Shown here one piece after another: positions 10,786 through 20,816 of a stretch of 64,000 nucleotides of DNA. Every line of letters starts with the position of its first letter. Position 1 is the stretch's first letter. Below the pieces are notes generated by a model. The model ran no database searches. It saw nothing but the letters and a program-made list of their open reading frames with translations, and was not told where the DNA came from. Location: NCBI GenBank assembly GCA_947648215.1, contig CANSMW010000003.1:56256-120255 (forward strand). The letters are read 5' to 3'. This stretch comes from an uncultured Clostridium sp. (lineage in GTDB: Bacteria; Bacillota; Clostridia; TANB77; CAG-508). Made by a program: the position numbers and the translations under genes.

Positions 10786-12606
10786 ATGAATAACGAAAAA
10801 ATAAGAAATATTGCAATAATTGCACACGTAGACCATGGAAAAACCACATTAGTAGACGCCCTACTAAAACAAAGCCATGTCTTTCGTGAAAATGAACAAG
10901 TAGCAGAAAGAGTAATGGATTCCAATGATATTGAAAAAGAAAGAGGAATTACCATTCTTTCTAAAAATACCTCCGTTATGTATAAAGATATAAAAATAAA
11001 TATTGTCGATACACCAGGTCATGCCGATTTTGGTGGAGAAGTAGAAAGGGTATTAAAAACCGTTGATGGTGTTTTATTATTAGTAGATGCTTTTGAAGGA
11101 CCAATGCCTCAAACAAGAGAAGTACTAAAAAAATCACTTGCTTTAAACTTAAAACCAATTGTTGTCATTAATAAAATAGACCGTCCAGGAGCAAACCCTG
11201 AAAAAGTGGTTGACCAAGTTATCGAACTATTTATTGAACTTGATGCCAATGATGATCAATTAGATTTTCCAGTGGTATATGCATCAGCCAAAAACGGAAT
11301 TGGTAAAATGAATTTAGAACAAGAAACTACCGATTTAAATTGTTTATTTGAAACCATTATCAATACCATTAATCCACCAGCATGTGACATTGATGGAACA
11401 ATGCAAATGTTAGTTTCAAACATCGATTATGATGATTATGTAGGAAGAATTGCGGTAGGTAGAGTAGAAAGAGGAACCGTAAAATTAGGAATGCCAGTAT
11501 CGATTTGCAAAAAAGACGATAAAGTAACCAATGGAAGAATTGCAAAATTATATACTCATGTTGGACTAAAAAGAGTAGAAGTAGAAGAAGTACAAGCTGG
11601 TGATATTATTGCCATCGCAGGAATTCCAGATATTAATATTGGAGAAACTATTTGCGATTACGACCATCCAGAAAAAATTGACTTTGTGGATATTGATGAA
11701 CCAACAGTATCGATGACTTTTAGTGTAAATAATGGTCCATTTGCCGGAAAAGAAGGACAATTTATTACCTCAAGACATATTCGTGACCGTTTATTTAAAG
11801 AATTAGAAAGAAATGTAAGCCTACGTGTAAAAGAAACTGATTCACCAGATAGTTTTGAAGTTTCTGGGCGTGGAGAACTACATTTATCTGTTTTAATTGA
11901 AAATATGAGAAGAGAAGGGTTTGAATTATTAGTATCTCGTCCAAAAGTAATTATAAAAGAAATTGATGGACAAAAATGCGAACCAATTGAGCGTTTAACG
12001 GTAAATGTACCAGATGATGCCATAGGAACTGTTATTGAAAAACTAGGACAAAGAAAAGCTGAAATGATTAATATGGAGCCAGCAGAAGATGGACATACCA
12101 AAATTGAATTTAAAATCCCAGCAAGAGGATTAATTGGTTATCGAACTGAATTCTTAACTGATACCAAAGGAACTGGTGTTATGAGCCATGTATTTGATTG
12201 TTATGAACCATATAAAGGAGAGGTATTATCTCGTGTACGTGGAACCATTGTAGCTTTTGAGCCAGGAAAAGCTGTAACCTATGGATTATACAATGCACAA
12301 GATAAAGGTGATTTATTCATAGGAGCAGGAACCGAAGTATATGAAGGAATGATTGTAGGGTTAAACTCAAGAAATGATGATTTAGCCATCAATGTATGCA
12401 AAGAAAAACATTTAACCAATACAAGAGCTTCTGGTTCAGATGATGCCCTTCGTTTAGTACCACCAATTCAATTTTCACTAGAAAAAGCGATTGAATTTAT
12501 TGAAGATGATGAATTAGTAGAAGTAACACCAAAGAGCATTCGTTTAAGGAAGAAAATTTTAAGCAGTAAAGACAGGGAAATTGCTGCAAGAGCAAAACGA
12601 AAATAG
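10786..12606 (+). CDS. typA: translational GTPase TypA/BipA
   Basis: 606 aa; AIIAHVDHGKTTLVD G1 motif, EF-G-like domain order. Confidence 0.9.
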   Translation: MNNEKIRNIAIIAHVDHGKTTLVDALLKQSHVFRENEQVAERVMDSNDIEKERGITILSKNTSVMYKDIKINIVDTPGHADFGGEVERVLKTVDGVLLLVDAFEGPMPQTREVLKKSLALNLKPIVVINKIDRPGANPEKVVDQVIELFIELDANDDQLDFPVVYASAKNGIGKMNLEQETTDLNCLFETIINTINPPACDIDGTMQMLVSNIDYDDYVGRIAVGRVERGTVKLGMPVSICKKDDKVTNGRIAKLYTHVGLKRVEVEEVQAGDIIAIAGIPDINIGETICDYDHPEKIDFVDIDEPTVSMTFSVNNGPFAGKEGQFITSRHIRDRLFKELERNVSLRVKETDSPDSFEVSGRGELHLSVLIENMRREGFELLVSRPKVIIKEIDGQKCEPIERLTVNVPDDAIGTVIEKLGQRKAEMINMEPAEDGHTKIEFKIPARGLIGYRTEFLTDTKGTGVMSHVFDCYEPYKGEVLSRVRGTIVAFEPGKAVTYGLYNAQDKGDLFIGAGTEVYEGMIVGLNSRNDDLAINVCKEKHLTNTRASGSDDALRLVPPIQFSLEKAIEFIEDDELVEVTPKSIRLRKKILSSKDREIAARAKRK

Positions 12607-12615
12607 AAAGGAAAC

Positions 12616-12643
12616 GAGCCGTATGTATAAGACATTACGGCTC
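12616..12643 (+). terminator. typA terminator hairpin
   Basis: gagccgta-loop-tacggctc. Confidence 0.5.
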
Positions 12644-12930
12644 GCTACGGATTATAATAATAAATAATAGCATATCCTTCAGAAAATTCAATGCATACAA
12701 AAGGGATACAAAAATCGACTTGAGATACTTCTACATTATTTTGAATACATAAGTGAACATCTTTTTTGATAGTTTCATATTCTTTTTTTGAAATAGTATG
12801 CTGTTCGATTCTTCTGTTGACCAAATTCAAAATTTCATCAATCCGTTTTTTCACTATAATCAGTCCTTTCTTAAAGACGATGTGTACATAATATCATAAA
12901 TGTAATAAGAAAACAAGAGGTGTAGAAAAA

Positions 12931-13524
12931 ATGAATGAAGTAGAATTAAAAAAAATTAAAGAAGAAGCATTAAATGAGCATATTCCTATTATTATGGATG
13001 ATACCTTAAAAGAAATTGCAATATTACTAAAAAATCGTAAGTTAAAACATATTCTTGAAATAGGAACAGCAGTAGGGTATTCGGCTATTTGCTTTTCACA
13101 GTTTTTAGAAGAAAATGGGAGAATTGATACGATTGAAAGAGAAGAAGAACGAGTACGAAAGGCGAAAAAAAATATTAAAAGGGCAGAAGTGGAAGAAAAA
13201 ATTCAGATATATTCTGGTGATGCTGTTGAAATCTTACCAACTTTTCAAGGAAAATACGATATGATTTTTATTGATGCCGCAAAAGGAAAATATCCTTTTT
13301 TCTTAAGCCAAGCCTTACGTCTATTAGATAAAGATGGAATTATTTTAGCTGATAATGTGCTATATAAAGGCTATGTTATGAGCGATTATAACAAACATAA
13401 ACAACGTACTGCCGTAAGAAACCTACGAGAATATTTAAAAGAAGTAAACGAAAATCCGAATTTAGAAACAAAAATTTTAGAAGTAGGAGATGGGCTTGCA
13501 GTAAGCAAAAGAAAAAGCCGATGA
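12931..13524 (+). CDS. class I SAM-dependent O-methyltransferase (TrmR/YrrM-like)
   Basis: 197 aa; EIGTAVGYS SAM motif, caffeoyl-CoA O-methyltransferase-like fold. Confidence 0.7.
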   Translation: MNEVELKKIKEEALNEHIPIIMDDTLKEIAILLKNRKLKHILEIGTAVGYSAICFSQFLEENGRIDTIEREEERVRKAKKNIKRAEVEEKIQIYSGDAVEILPTFQGKYDMIFIDAAKGKYPFFLSQALRLLDKDGIILADNVLYKGYVMSDYNKHKQRTAVRNLREYLKEVNENPNLETKILEVGDGLAVSKRKSR

Positions 13525-13526
13525 AG

Positions 13527-14606
13527 TTATCTACCTTCATCAGCTTTTTCTTTTGCTTTTGATTTCTTTTCTTGTAAAGTAGGCTTTATTTGTTTACGAT
13601 ATTCTTTTAATGGTATTCCATAAATGTATTCAAAGCATTCTGCATCTGTCATTCGATAAGTATGATAACCATCTGCAAGCTTAGTAGTTAGTGCAAAACG
13701 AGGAATTTTACTTAAAGAATTATTCGATAATGTATGTTCGTTTGGTTTGTATCCATATTCTCTTTCCATATTATTAAAACGTTCCATATCATAGGTTCTT
13801 ATTTGGCATTCAAGCCCTAAACCTTGTTCTTCTGAATAAAAAGAACATTGTAAAGAAGCATATCCAGAAGGTTTTGGACGAGCAATATAATCTTTTCTTT
13901 TTTTTGTTTCAAAACCTTGACTTTCATAAAAGCTTTCAATATCTTTTTGAAAATCATTACAATATGGTACTAAATCTTCTTTTGATGATTTTTTGTAAGT
14001 GGTAGCGGTACTTAAAGGCAAATAAATATCTTTCCCATTTCTATTAGCACAAATATATGGAGTATTGTTATCAATCCATACATTACGAGCATTTTCTTGA
14101 ACAGAGATATTAAGTTTCTTACTTTCAAAAGGAATCTGGAAGCAATCGCCATCAATGATACGAAATTCATCTGGACCAGAATCAATATAAATTCCTTCAC
14201 TATCGATACTTATTTTATTAATTGGATAATTAAGGGATAATAAAAAAACTTTAATTGCATAATCATCCATTATTTCAACTGCTTGAAAATCGTCTTTTTG
14301 AAATAAGTCAATAAATTTTCGGATTACTTTTTCATAATGCGAAAAAGGAGACTTAAATCTACCAGCTATACCAAAATCTAAATGGGGATACTTTTCATAT
14401 AAAAAACCATATAAATCTGTTTGTAACTGAATAAAATCATCTAATGAAGATTCGTGTATATTATATTGTAACTGATAATCATTAGGGTCAATAATTAAAT
14501 TGGAAAGTCTCGTTAATGTAGCACACTTTCTTTCAAATTGCTTAAAAATTGGTTCATCATCATTCCATTTCATTAATCTATTTTTTACTTTTTCATCAAT
14601 TAGCAT
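13527..14606 (-). CDS. RelA/SpoT-domain nucleotidyltransferase (alarmone-synthetase-like) with atypical insertions
   Basis: Synthetase motifs GRFKSPFSHYEKVIRK, DDYAIKV, DYIARPKPSGYASLQ and ECQIRTYDMERFNNMEREYGYK align to RelQ/RelP, but a ~85-aa insertion separates the second and third motifs and there are N/C extensions; start set at second ATG with agaggtg RBS. Confidence 0.55.
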   Translation of the reverse strand: MLIDEKVKNRLMKWNDDEPIFKQFERKCATLTRLSNLIIDPNDYQLQYNIHESSLDDFIQLQTDLYGFLYEKYPHLDFGIAGRFKSPFSHYEKVIRKFIDLFQKDDFQAVEIMDDYAIKVFLLSLNYPINKISIDSEGIYIDSGPDEFRIIDGDCFQIPFESKKLNISVQENARNVWIDNNTPYICANRNGKDIYLPLSTATTYKKSSKEDLVPYCNDFQKDIESFYESQGFETKKRKDYIARPKPSGYASLQCSFYSEEQGLGLECQIRTYDMERFNNMEREYGYKPNEHTLSNNSLSKIPRFALTTKLADGYHTYRMTDAECFEYIYGIPLKEYRKQIKPTLQEKKSKAKEKADEGR

Positions 14607-14697
14607 AATATCACCTCTTTTACTCATACCTCCATTATATCATATATCCACATAAAAAGCTAGCAATGCAGGATTCTGCATTGCTAGCGTAAGTTTA

Positions 14698-15285
14698 TTA
14701 AAACAAATTCAAATATCGAATACTAGATAATACCGTATCAACAGCAAGAAGAACAAAGGCGATGTTAATAACGATAATTTGTACATGAGCAGGTATTTTC
14801 TTTATAACTTTTTTCACAATCTTTTCAATAAATGGATGGACAAAATGGATGAAAATAAGAGCAATAATCCCCCACGCAAAAGAGAAGAAGAGACTAATTC
14901 GTCCATTTAGGTTCATAAAATCATTTGTGTAATCCCACCAACGGTCGGCAAATAAGGCATCTAATGCAAAACCTGCTACATATTCAAAAACAGAAAATAC
15001 AATTACAGAGTAGAAAAACAGTTTTAATGGTTTTGACTTATATTTTCTCAAAATACTAATTAATATAATGGCTCCCCAACCATAAATAGGGCAAAGAGGT
15101 CCATACAAAAATCCTCTTTTTACAAAATGCCCCAAGGTTTCAAATGCATACACAGTTTCTAATAACCAACCAATAATAGCATAAATCAAAAAGTATAATA
15201 AAAGATAACGTATGCTCACTAAATAAGTATCTTTTTTATCAATTTTCTCCATTAAAAAATCCTCCATAAAATATAGGTAAATCAT
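14698..15285 (-). CDS. integral membrane protein (putative ABC-transporter type IV / CmpB-like)
   Basis: 195 aa, 5-6 TM, GWLLETVYAFE...YGPLCPIYGWGA motif; hairpin terminator 14660-14692. Confidence 0.45.
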   Translation of the reverse strand: MIYLYFMEDFLMEKIDKKDTYLVSIRYLLLYFLIYAIIGWLLETVYAFETLGHFVKRGFLYGPLCPIYGWGAIILISILRKYKSKPLKLFFYSVIVFSVFEYVAGFALDALFADRWWDYTNDFMNLNGRISLFFSFAWGIIALIFIHFVHPFIEKIVKKVIKKIPAHVQIIVINIAFVLLAVDTVLSSIRYLNLF

Positions 15286-15387
15286 ATCAAATTTGTAGAG
15301 GATTGTAAATTATTTTTCAAAAAAAACTTGAAAACGTGGTTAAAATATGCTATGATGAATATACTAAAGGAGATACAGAAATGTATT

Positions 15388-15505
15388 AAAAGCGGTTTTC
15401 CTGTATCCAGTTAAAAACAGTTATATAAAGTGGTTTTCCTGTATCCAATCAAAAACAGTCATATAAAGCGGTTTTCCTGTATCCGGTTAAAAACAGTTGT
15501 AAAAC
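15388..15505 (+). ncRNA. ToxI-like antitoxin RNA: 3 tandem 38-39-nt direct repeats
   Basis: aaagcggttttcctgtatccagttaaaaacagttatat x3 (periods 38, 39); sigma-A-like promoter ttgaaa-17-tatgat at ~15337-15365; followed by terminator and toxN-like ORF. Confidence 0.6.
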
Positions 15506-15508
15506 AAG

Positions 15509-15547
15509 TGGGAGGTTATATAAAAAACTTCCTACTTTATTTTTTTG
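15509..15547 (+). terminator. rho-independent terminator between repeat array and toxin gene
   Basis: ggaggtt-loop-aacttcc stem then tttatttttttgg. Confidence 0.5.
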
Positions 15548-15563
15548 GAAAGGAGGAATAGGT

Positions 15564-16079
15564 ATGAAACAAACTTTAAAATGGTACATTGTAGACAAAG
15601 AATATGTAAAATATTTAAGAAAGGCAGATAATCGAGTTCAATATAGTGAATATAATGATAAATTAAAACCATATATTGGTATTATTATTACAATTCATGA
15701 TTTCGACTATTATGTTCCAATCTCTTCTGTGGGAAATAAAATAAAGAAACTTGAAAAGTATTCAAAAATGAAAGATGATATTGATATTATTAAAATTTAC
15801 GATAATAATAAAAAGCTATTATCTGTTTTAAATTTAAACAATATGATACCAGTAAGACCAGAGAATGCAAGAATATTAAAATATAGTGAAATTGATAATT
15901 ATAGACAATTTTATAATTTGACAGATAAAAGGAAGTATATTTATTTTCTACAAATTGAATTAGCAATTTTAAGAAAAAACGCTAATATTATTTCATATAA
16001 AGCAACTAAGTTATACGATGAAAAAATAAAAACAAATTCTCAAAAATTTCCAAAAGAACATGTGATTTTAAATTATTAG
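15564..16079 (+). CDS. ToxN/AbiQ-family type III toxin (endoribonuclease)
   Basis: 171 aa; KWYIVDKEYVKYLRKAD...YYVPISS...NMIPV pattern shared with ToxN/AbiQ; paralogous to 34257-34778; RBS aaaggagg. Confidence 0.65.
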   Translation: MKQTLKWYIVDKEYVKYLRKADNRVQYSEYNDKLKPYIGIIITIHDFDYYVPISSVGNKIKKLEKYSKMKDDIDIIKIYDNNKKLLSVLNLNNMIPVRPENARILKYSEIDNYRQFYNLTDKRKYIYFLQIELAILRKNANIISYKATKLYDEKIKTNSQKFPKEHVILNY

Positions 16080-16194
16080 AAGAAAAGTGCATGGAATATA
16101 ATAAGCACTAGAAAATTTATAGAAACTTTCTTCCAAATGGTACATAAACATGATATAATAGTGTCGAAATATGAAGTAAAAGAGGTAGAGATAT

Positions 16195-17424
16195 ATGAAA
16201 AAGCCAGAATTATTAGCTCCAGCAGGATCTTTTGCAAAAGCAAAAATTGCATTTTTATATGGAGCAGATGCGGTATATGCAGGTACATCTTCTTTATCGT
16301 TACGAAGTCGTGCGGAAATGAGAGATGATGATTTAGCAAATACCATTCGTTATGCCCATAGCATAGGGAAAAAAGTATATGTTGCGATTAATATTTATGC
16401 TTGGGATACGATGTATGAGGAAATCCGTAAACAGGCTAGAATGTTAAATGAACTAAAGGCAGATGGCATTATTGTAGCAGATGGGGGAGTTGTCGATGTT
16501 GTAAAACAGGAGGCTCCTGATATTGATATTCATATTAGCACACAAGCTAATGTAGTAAGTGCTCATAGTGCTAACTTTTGGTATAAAAATGGGGCAAAGC
16601 GTGTTATTTTAGCACGTGAATTGCATGGGGAACAAATTCGAGAAATTATTAATCATACTCCCATACCATTAGAAACCGAAATCTTTGTTCATGGAGCAAT
16701 TTGTTTTGGTTATTCAGGACGATGTTTTTTAAGTGATTTTTTGGCTTCTAGGAGTGCTAATTTAGGGGACTGTGCTCAAAGTTGTAGATGGGCATATAAT
16801 GTGTATGCTGAAGAAGTAAATAATCCGGGAAATCTAATGCCAGTGGAGCATGATGAAAAAGGAACTTATATTTTTTCTTCAAAAGATTTATGCTTAGTAA
16901 AGGAACTACCAGAAATTATAGAAATGGGAGTAGATAGCTTAAAAATTGAGGGAAGATTAAAAACGGAATACTATTTGGCATCGGTTATTAATACTTATCG
17001 TAATGCAATTGATGATTATATAAAGGCTCCAGAAACTTATGATGGTAGCAAATATGTAAAAGAACTTGAAAAAGTAAAAACAAGAGGTTTAACGACTTTT
17101 TATTTTAATGATAGAAACAATAAAGATTTTCAAGAATATGAAGGTAAACAATATAATCCAGACTATGAATTTGGTGGTAAAATTATTTCGTATCATTCAG
17201 AAAAAACAGTCATGGAGGTAAAAAACCGCTTAAAAATAGGAGATACGTTAGAAATTCTAATTCCAAACCAATTAGAGTCGTACTGTTTTACGATTGACCA
17301 GTTATGGGATTCCGAAACAGATGAGAAAGTCGAATTTGTTAACCCAGGAAAAGCAGGACAAACCGTAAAAATTCACGTGCCAATTCCTGTTAAAAAAGAC
17401 TGGATTTTAAGGCGAAAAAAGTAG
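16195..17424 (+). CDS. peptidase U32 family protein
   Basis: 409 aa; N-terminal ELLAPAGS...A...GADAVY U32 signature. Confidence 0.85.
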   Translation: MKKPELLAPAGSFAKAKIAFLYGADAVYAGTSSLSLRSRAEMRDDDLANTIRYAHSIGKKVYVAINIYAWDTMYEEIRKQARMLNELKADGIIVADGGVVDVVKQEAPDIDIHISTQANVVSAHSANFWYKNGAKRVILARELHGEQIREIINHTPIPLETEIFVHGAICFGYSGRCFLSDFLASRSANLGDCAQSCRWAYNVYAEEVNNPGNLMPVEHDEKGTYIFSSKDLCLVKELPEIIEMGVDSLKIEGRLKTEYYLASVINTYRNAIDDYIKAPETYDGSKYVKELEKVKTRGLTTFYFNDRNNKDFQEYEGKQYNPDYEFGGKIISYHSEKTVMEVKNRLKIGDTLEILIPNQLESYCFTIDQLWDSETDEKVEFVNPGKAGQTVKIHVPIPVKKDWILRRKK

Positions 17425-17492
17425 ACATAAGGATTGGAATGTGTTATAATAACATTGTTACAATAAATTTGTAGAAAGAATGAGGTAAAACA

Positions 17493-17666
17493 ATGTCAAA
17501 AAAGAAAAGAGAAAGAGAAAAGGCAAAAAAGGAACAGGCTCGGCAGATAAAAAGAGCAGCAAAAGCCAAACGGCAACAGCACAATCCTGCAAAATGGGAA
17601 GAAAAAAAGGCGAAACGGCAGGAACAGCAGATGGCTAGGCTGGATTTCTTTTCTTGTGGCTTGTGA
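17493..17666 (+). CDS. small highly basic protein (57 aa, K/R/Q-rich)
   Basis: RBS tgaggtaaaac-ATG; followed by strong bidirectional hairpin 17712-17760 (aagcaaaaagcgattc...gaatcgctttttgctt); contains three in-frame CGG codons. Confidence 0.35.
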   Translation: MSKKKREREKAKKEQARQIKRAAKAKRQQHNPAKWEEKKAKRQEQQMARLDFFSCGL

Positions 17667-17738
17667 GTTAAGTCAGTACTTCATTACTGTGTAAATTGTA
17701 CACAGTACTAAGCAAAAAGCGATTCTTTAAGAGAAATC

Positions 17739-18545
17739 TTAGGAATCGCTTTTTGCTTCTAATTGTTTTCCAAGCCAAAAACAAAAAATAAGGATAGCAA
17801 TGGAAAAAATACTGGTAATATTAAATTTTAGGCTAGGGACTAGGATTAGTGTAGAACCTAGTACAAAACCTATAATCGTATAATATGTTTCTGAAAAATG
17901 TGTTTTTAGTAGGAATTGGATTAATTTTAGAAATAGCAATCCCCCTATTGTAAGTCCAATTCCCATGGGGAATAGAATAGACAAGTTAACCGTAGAAATA
18001 GCATTTAGGTAAGTTTCATAGGTTCCTAAAATCATTAATAAAACCGTACTACTAACCCCGGGGACAACTACCCCTGCAGACATAACAAAACCGCTAAGAA
18101 CCAAAAATAATGTGTTTGAAGTGGTAGCCATTGTATTTGTTGGTAGAGCATTTTCGAAACCTAATAGAATAAGTGTAAAAATAAAAGATAAAACAGTATA
18201 ACCAATATAATGCAATCGGAAACCTTTTTTGGAATTCGCAATATGAAATAAATTAGGAATGCACCCTAATATTAACCCCAAAAAAGCACACTTTGTTTGA
18301 AATGGATAACTTTCAAATAATATCTTTAAAACATTCCCCAATAAAACCACTCCAATTGCCACCCCAATTACAATTGGAAACAAAAATAAGGTATTTTTCT
18401 TCATATCCTTAAAAAATCCCAATACACTTTCAATTAACCTATCATAAATTCCAAAAACAACACACAAAACCCCACTACTAATACCGGGCAAAATAGCTCC
18501 AGCACCAATCAAAATCCCAATCATAAAACGAAACCAAACACTCAC
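17739..18545 (-). CDS. DUF368 family membrane protein
   Basis: 268 aa, duplicated LPGISSG / VPGVSST motifs characteristic of DUF368. Confidence 0.65.
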   Translation of the reverse strand: MSVWFRFMIGILIGAGAILPGISSGVLCVVFGIYDRLIESVLGFFKDMKKNTLFLFPIVIGVAIGVVLLGNVLKILFESYPFQTKCAFLGLILGCIPNLFHIANSKKGFRLHYIGYTVLSFIFTLILLGFENALPTNTMATTSNTLFLVLSGFVMSAGVVVPGVSSTVLLMILGTYETYLNAISTVNLSILFPMGIGLTIGGLLFLKLIQFLLKTHFSETYYTIIGFVLGSTLILVPSLKFNITSIFSIAILIFCFWLGKQLEAKSDS

Positions 18546-18596
18546 TTTGCAAAACCCCCTTTTTAATTGTATGTACAGTATGATAAAATTAGTATT

Positions 18597-18640
18597 AAGA
18601 ACCCCCAGTCCTCTTCGTGGACTAGGGGTTCTTACGTATT
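18597..18640. repeat. family-A related palindrome
   Basis: gaacccccagtcc-tcttcgtg-ggactaggggttc. Confidence 0.45.
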
Positions 18641-18723
18641 AATAAAATTTTAAGAAAAATGTGGTTGACGAAATGAGCAAAAAGGAAGATAATAGATAAT
18701 TGAGAGGGGAAGGAAGCACGTTT

Positions 18724-19743
18724 ATGAAAAGAACCAAAAAGTTAGTAAAAAATTTCATTTTATTTCTTATATTAATCATTATCACTTTTTACATCATTTT
18801 AAAAGACCAAGATATTACAGAAATCATAAATATCGTATTTAGTGTCAAAAAGGAATTTATTTTGATTGCCGTTCTTTGTATGATACTATATCTTTCTTGT
18901 GAAGCGATTAATATTAGAAGAACCCTACGAACTTTAAATGAAAATCTATCCTTTCCAAAAGCCTTGAAAATTGCGTTTATTGGATTTTTCTTTAGTTCCA
19001 TTACGCCAGCAGCAAGTGGAGGACAGCCAATGCAAGTCTATTATATGCACAAAGATAACATTTCGATTGCCAATTCTACATTAACACTATTAATCAATTT
19101 AAGCTGTGTTCAAATTGTTACCATTTCTATTGCTTTATTTAGTCTTATTTTCAATTACCAATATTTAAACACAGTACTTATCTGGTTTCTAATTCTAGGG
19201 GTAACATTAAACTTAACCGCTCTAGCATTACTACTAATATCTATCTTTTCAAAAAGAATGACCAATTGGATAATTCAAATTACCCTTCGAATACTAACCT
19301 TTTTTAAAGTAAAAAACATCGAAGAAAAACAAGAGCGTTTTGAAAGTGAACTAACCAAATACCAAGGCAGTGCAAAATATATAAAAAAGAACGGAAAATT
19401 AATTATAAAAACCCTTCTTACCACTTATTTACAATATATTATATTTTATAGTATTTCTTACTGGGTATATTGCTCTTTTGGACTACAAGGACACAATGCT
19501 TTTGAAATTATCACTTTACAATCGGTATTATACGCTACAGTATCTGGTATTCCATCACCGGGAGCAATTGGAGTAAGTGAAGGAGGCTTTCTTGCCATTT
19601 TCAGTTCAATCTTTACGAAAGACCTATTAAAAAGTGCCATGCTATTAAACCGAGGAATCAATTTCTATTTGTTTGTTATCATTAGTTCAATCATTGTAAT
19701 AATAAACACAATTAGAGACAAGAAAAAGGCTTTGAAGGAATGA
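18724..19743 (+). CDS. flippase-like membrane protein (lysylphosphatidylglycerol-synthase TM domain / YbhN-like)
   Basis: 340 aa polytopic membrane protein; RBS gaggggaagg before ATG 18724. Confidence 0.5.
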   Translation: MKRTKKLVKNFILFLILIIITFYIILKDQDITEIINIVFSVKKEFILIAVLCMILYLSCEAINIRRTLRTLNENLSFPKALKIAFIGFFFSSITPAASGGQPMQVYYMHKDNISIANSTLTLLINLSCVQIVTISIALFSLIFNYQYLNTVLIWFLILGVTLNLTALALLLISIFSKRMTNWIIQITLRILTFFKVKNIEEKQERFESELTKYQGSAKYIKKNGKLIIKTLLTTYLQYIIFYSISYWVYCSFGLQGHNAFEIITLQSVLYATVSGIPSPGAIGVSEGGFLAIFSSIFTKDLLKSAMLLNRGINFYLFVIISSIIVIINTIRDKKKALKE

Positions 19744-19749
19744 CTATTA

Positions 19750-19797
19750 AAAGGCCCCTTTACTTAAGGGGGCTGTCGCCATAGGCGACTGGGGGTT
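19750..19797 (+). repeat. family-A repeat, short form
   Basis: aaggcccctttacttaagggggctgtcgccataggcgactgggggtt. Confidence 0.55.
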
Positions 19798-19940
19798 TTA
19801 AGAATTTTATTATTTTACCAAAAGAACTGTAACAGCAACAAGAAAAGAGATTAAGGAACAAAGATAGTGTTGAAAAAATTTGAAGAATAGGTTATAATGT
19901 CAAATAAGTTAGAAATAACTTAAAAATAGGGGAAGTAAAA

Positions 19941-20816
19941 ATGATAAATATATTATTGTGTGGAAATGAGAAAGTGTTTGATGGAGCACTTACACAAAGC
20001 TTATCCATTACCAACAAAACCAAAGAAATCATCCATTGGTACATTCTTACCATGGATGTCTCTAGGATAAAACCAGAATATACCTGTATTACCGAAGAAC
20101 AAATTCAATTTTTAAACAAAGTGGTCAAATCTAAGCATCCGGAAAATCAAGTAACTCGAATCGATATTACCAATTTATACGAAACCGAGTTTGGAAAGTG
20201 CAAAAATGAAGGAGCCTATTGTACGCCATATACTTTACTTCGCTTATTTGCCGATGTAATTCCAGAAATACCAGATAAAATTCTGTATTTGGATATCGAT
20301 ATGATGGCAAAAGGGGATATTTCTGAATTATACCATACCAATATTTCAAATTATGAATATGCAGCAGTAAAAGAAAAATATGGTTCTATTTTCATTTGGC
20401 CAGATTATATTAATGCAGGCATGTTATTACTCAATATAAAGAAAATAAAAGAAACTAAGTTACTAGAAAAAGCACGACATCTCATCAAAACCAAAAAGAT
20501 GTTATTTGCTGACCAAGATGCAATTTATCGTTCTACTACCAAAAAGTTATTATTACCAAGAAAATACAATGAGCAATCTAGTTTTAAAAGGGAAGATACC
20601 ATCATATGTCACTTTTGTAAAAGGCTTATGCTATTACCATACCCACATACCGAAAACTATAAACAATGGCAAATTGATGATATCCATCGAGAACTAAAAT
20701 GTTACGCATTTGAAGACGATTTACAAGAATATGTAAAATTAAAACAAAAATTTGAAGAGGAAAAAGGGGAAAAAGAAAATGAAACAAGAAACAATACCAA
20801 TCTTTTTTGCAGTTGA
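19941..20816 (+). CDS. family 8 glycosyltransferase
   Basis: 291 aa; GT8 DxD (YLDIDMM) and nucleotide-sugar binding N-terminus. Confidence 0.65.
   Translation: MINILLCGNEKVFDGALTQSLSITNKTKEIIHWYILTMDVSRIKPEYTCITEEQIQFLNKVVKSKHPENQVTRIDITNLYETEFGKCKNEGAYCTPYTLLRLFADVIPEIPDKILYLDIDMMAKGDISELYHTNISNYEYAAVKEKYGSIFIWPDYINAGMLLLNIKKIKETKLLEKARHLIKTKKMLFADQDAIYRSTTKKLLLPRKYNEQSSFKREDTIICHFCKRLMLLPYPHTENYKQWQIDDIHRELKCYAFEDDLQEYVKLKQKFEEEKGEKENETRNNTNLFCS

Noticed and set aside
15388-15505. Short tandem repeat arrays (here and at 34841-34975) as possible CRISPR arrays
   Set aside because: Only about 3 units, directly abutting with no unique spacers, no cas genes nearby, and each is followed by a terminator and a ToxN-family ORF. 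This fits type III TA antitoxin repeats instead.
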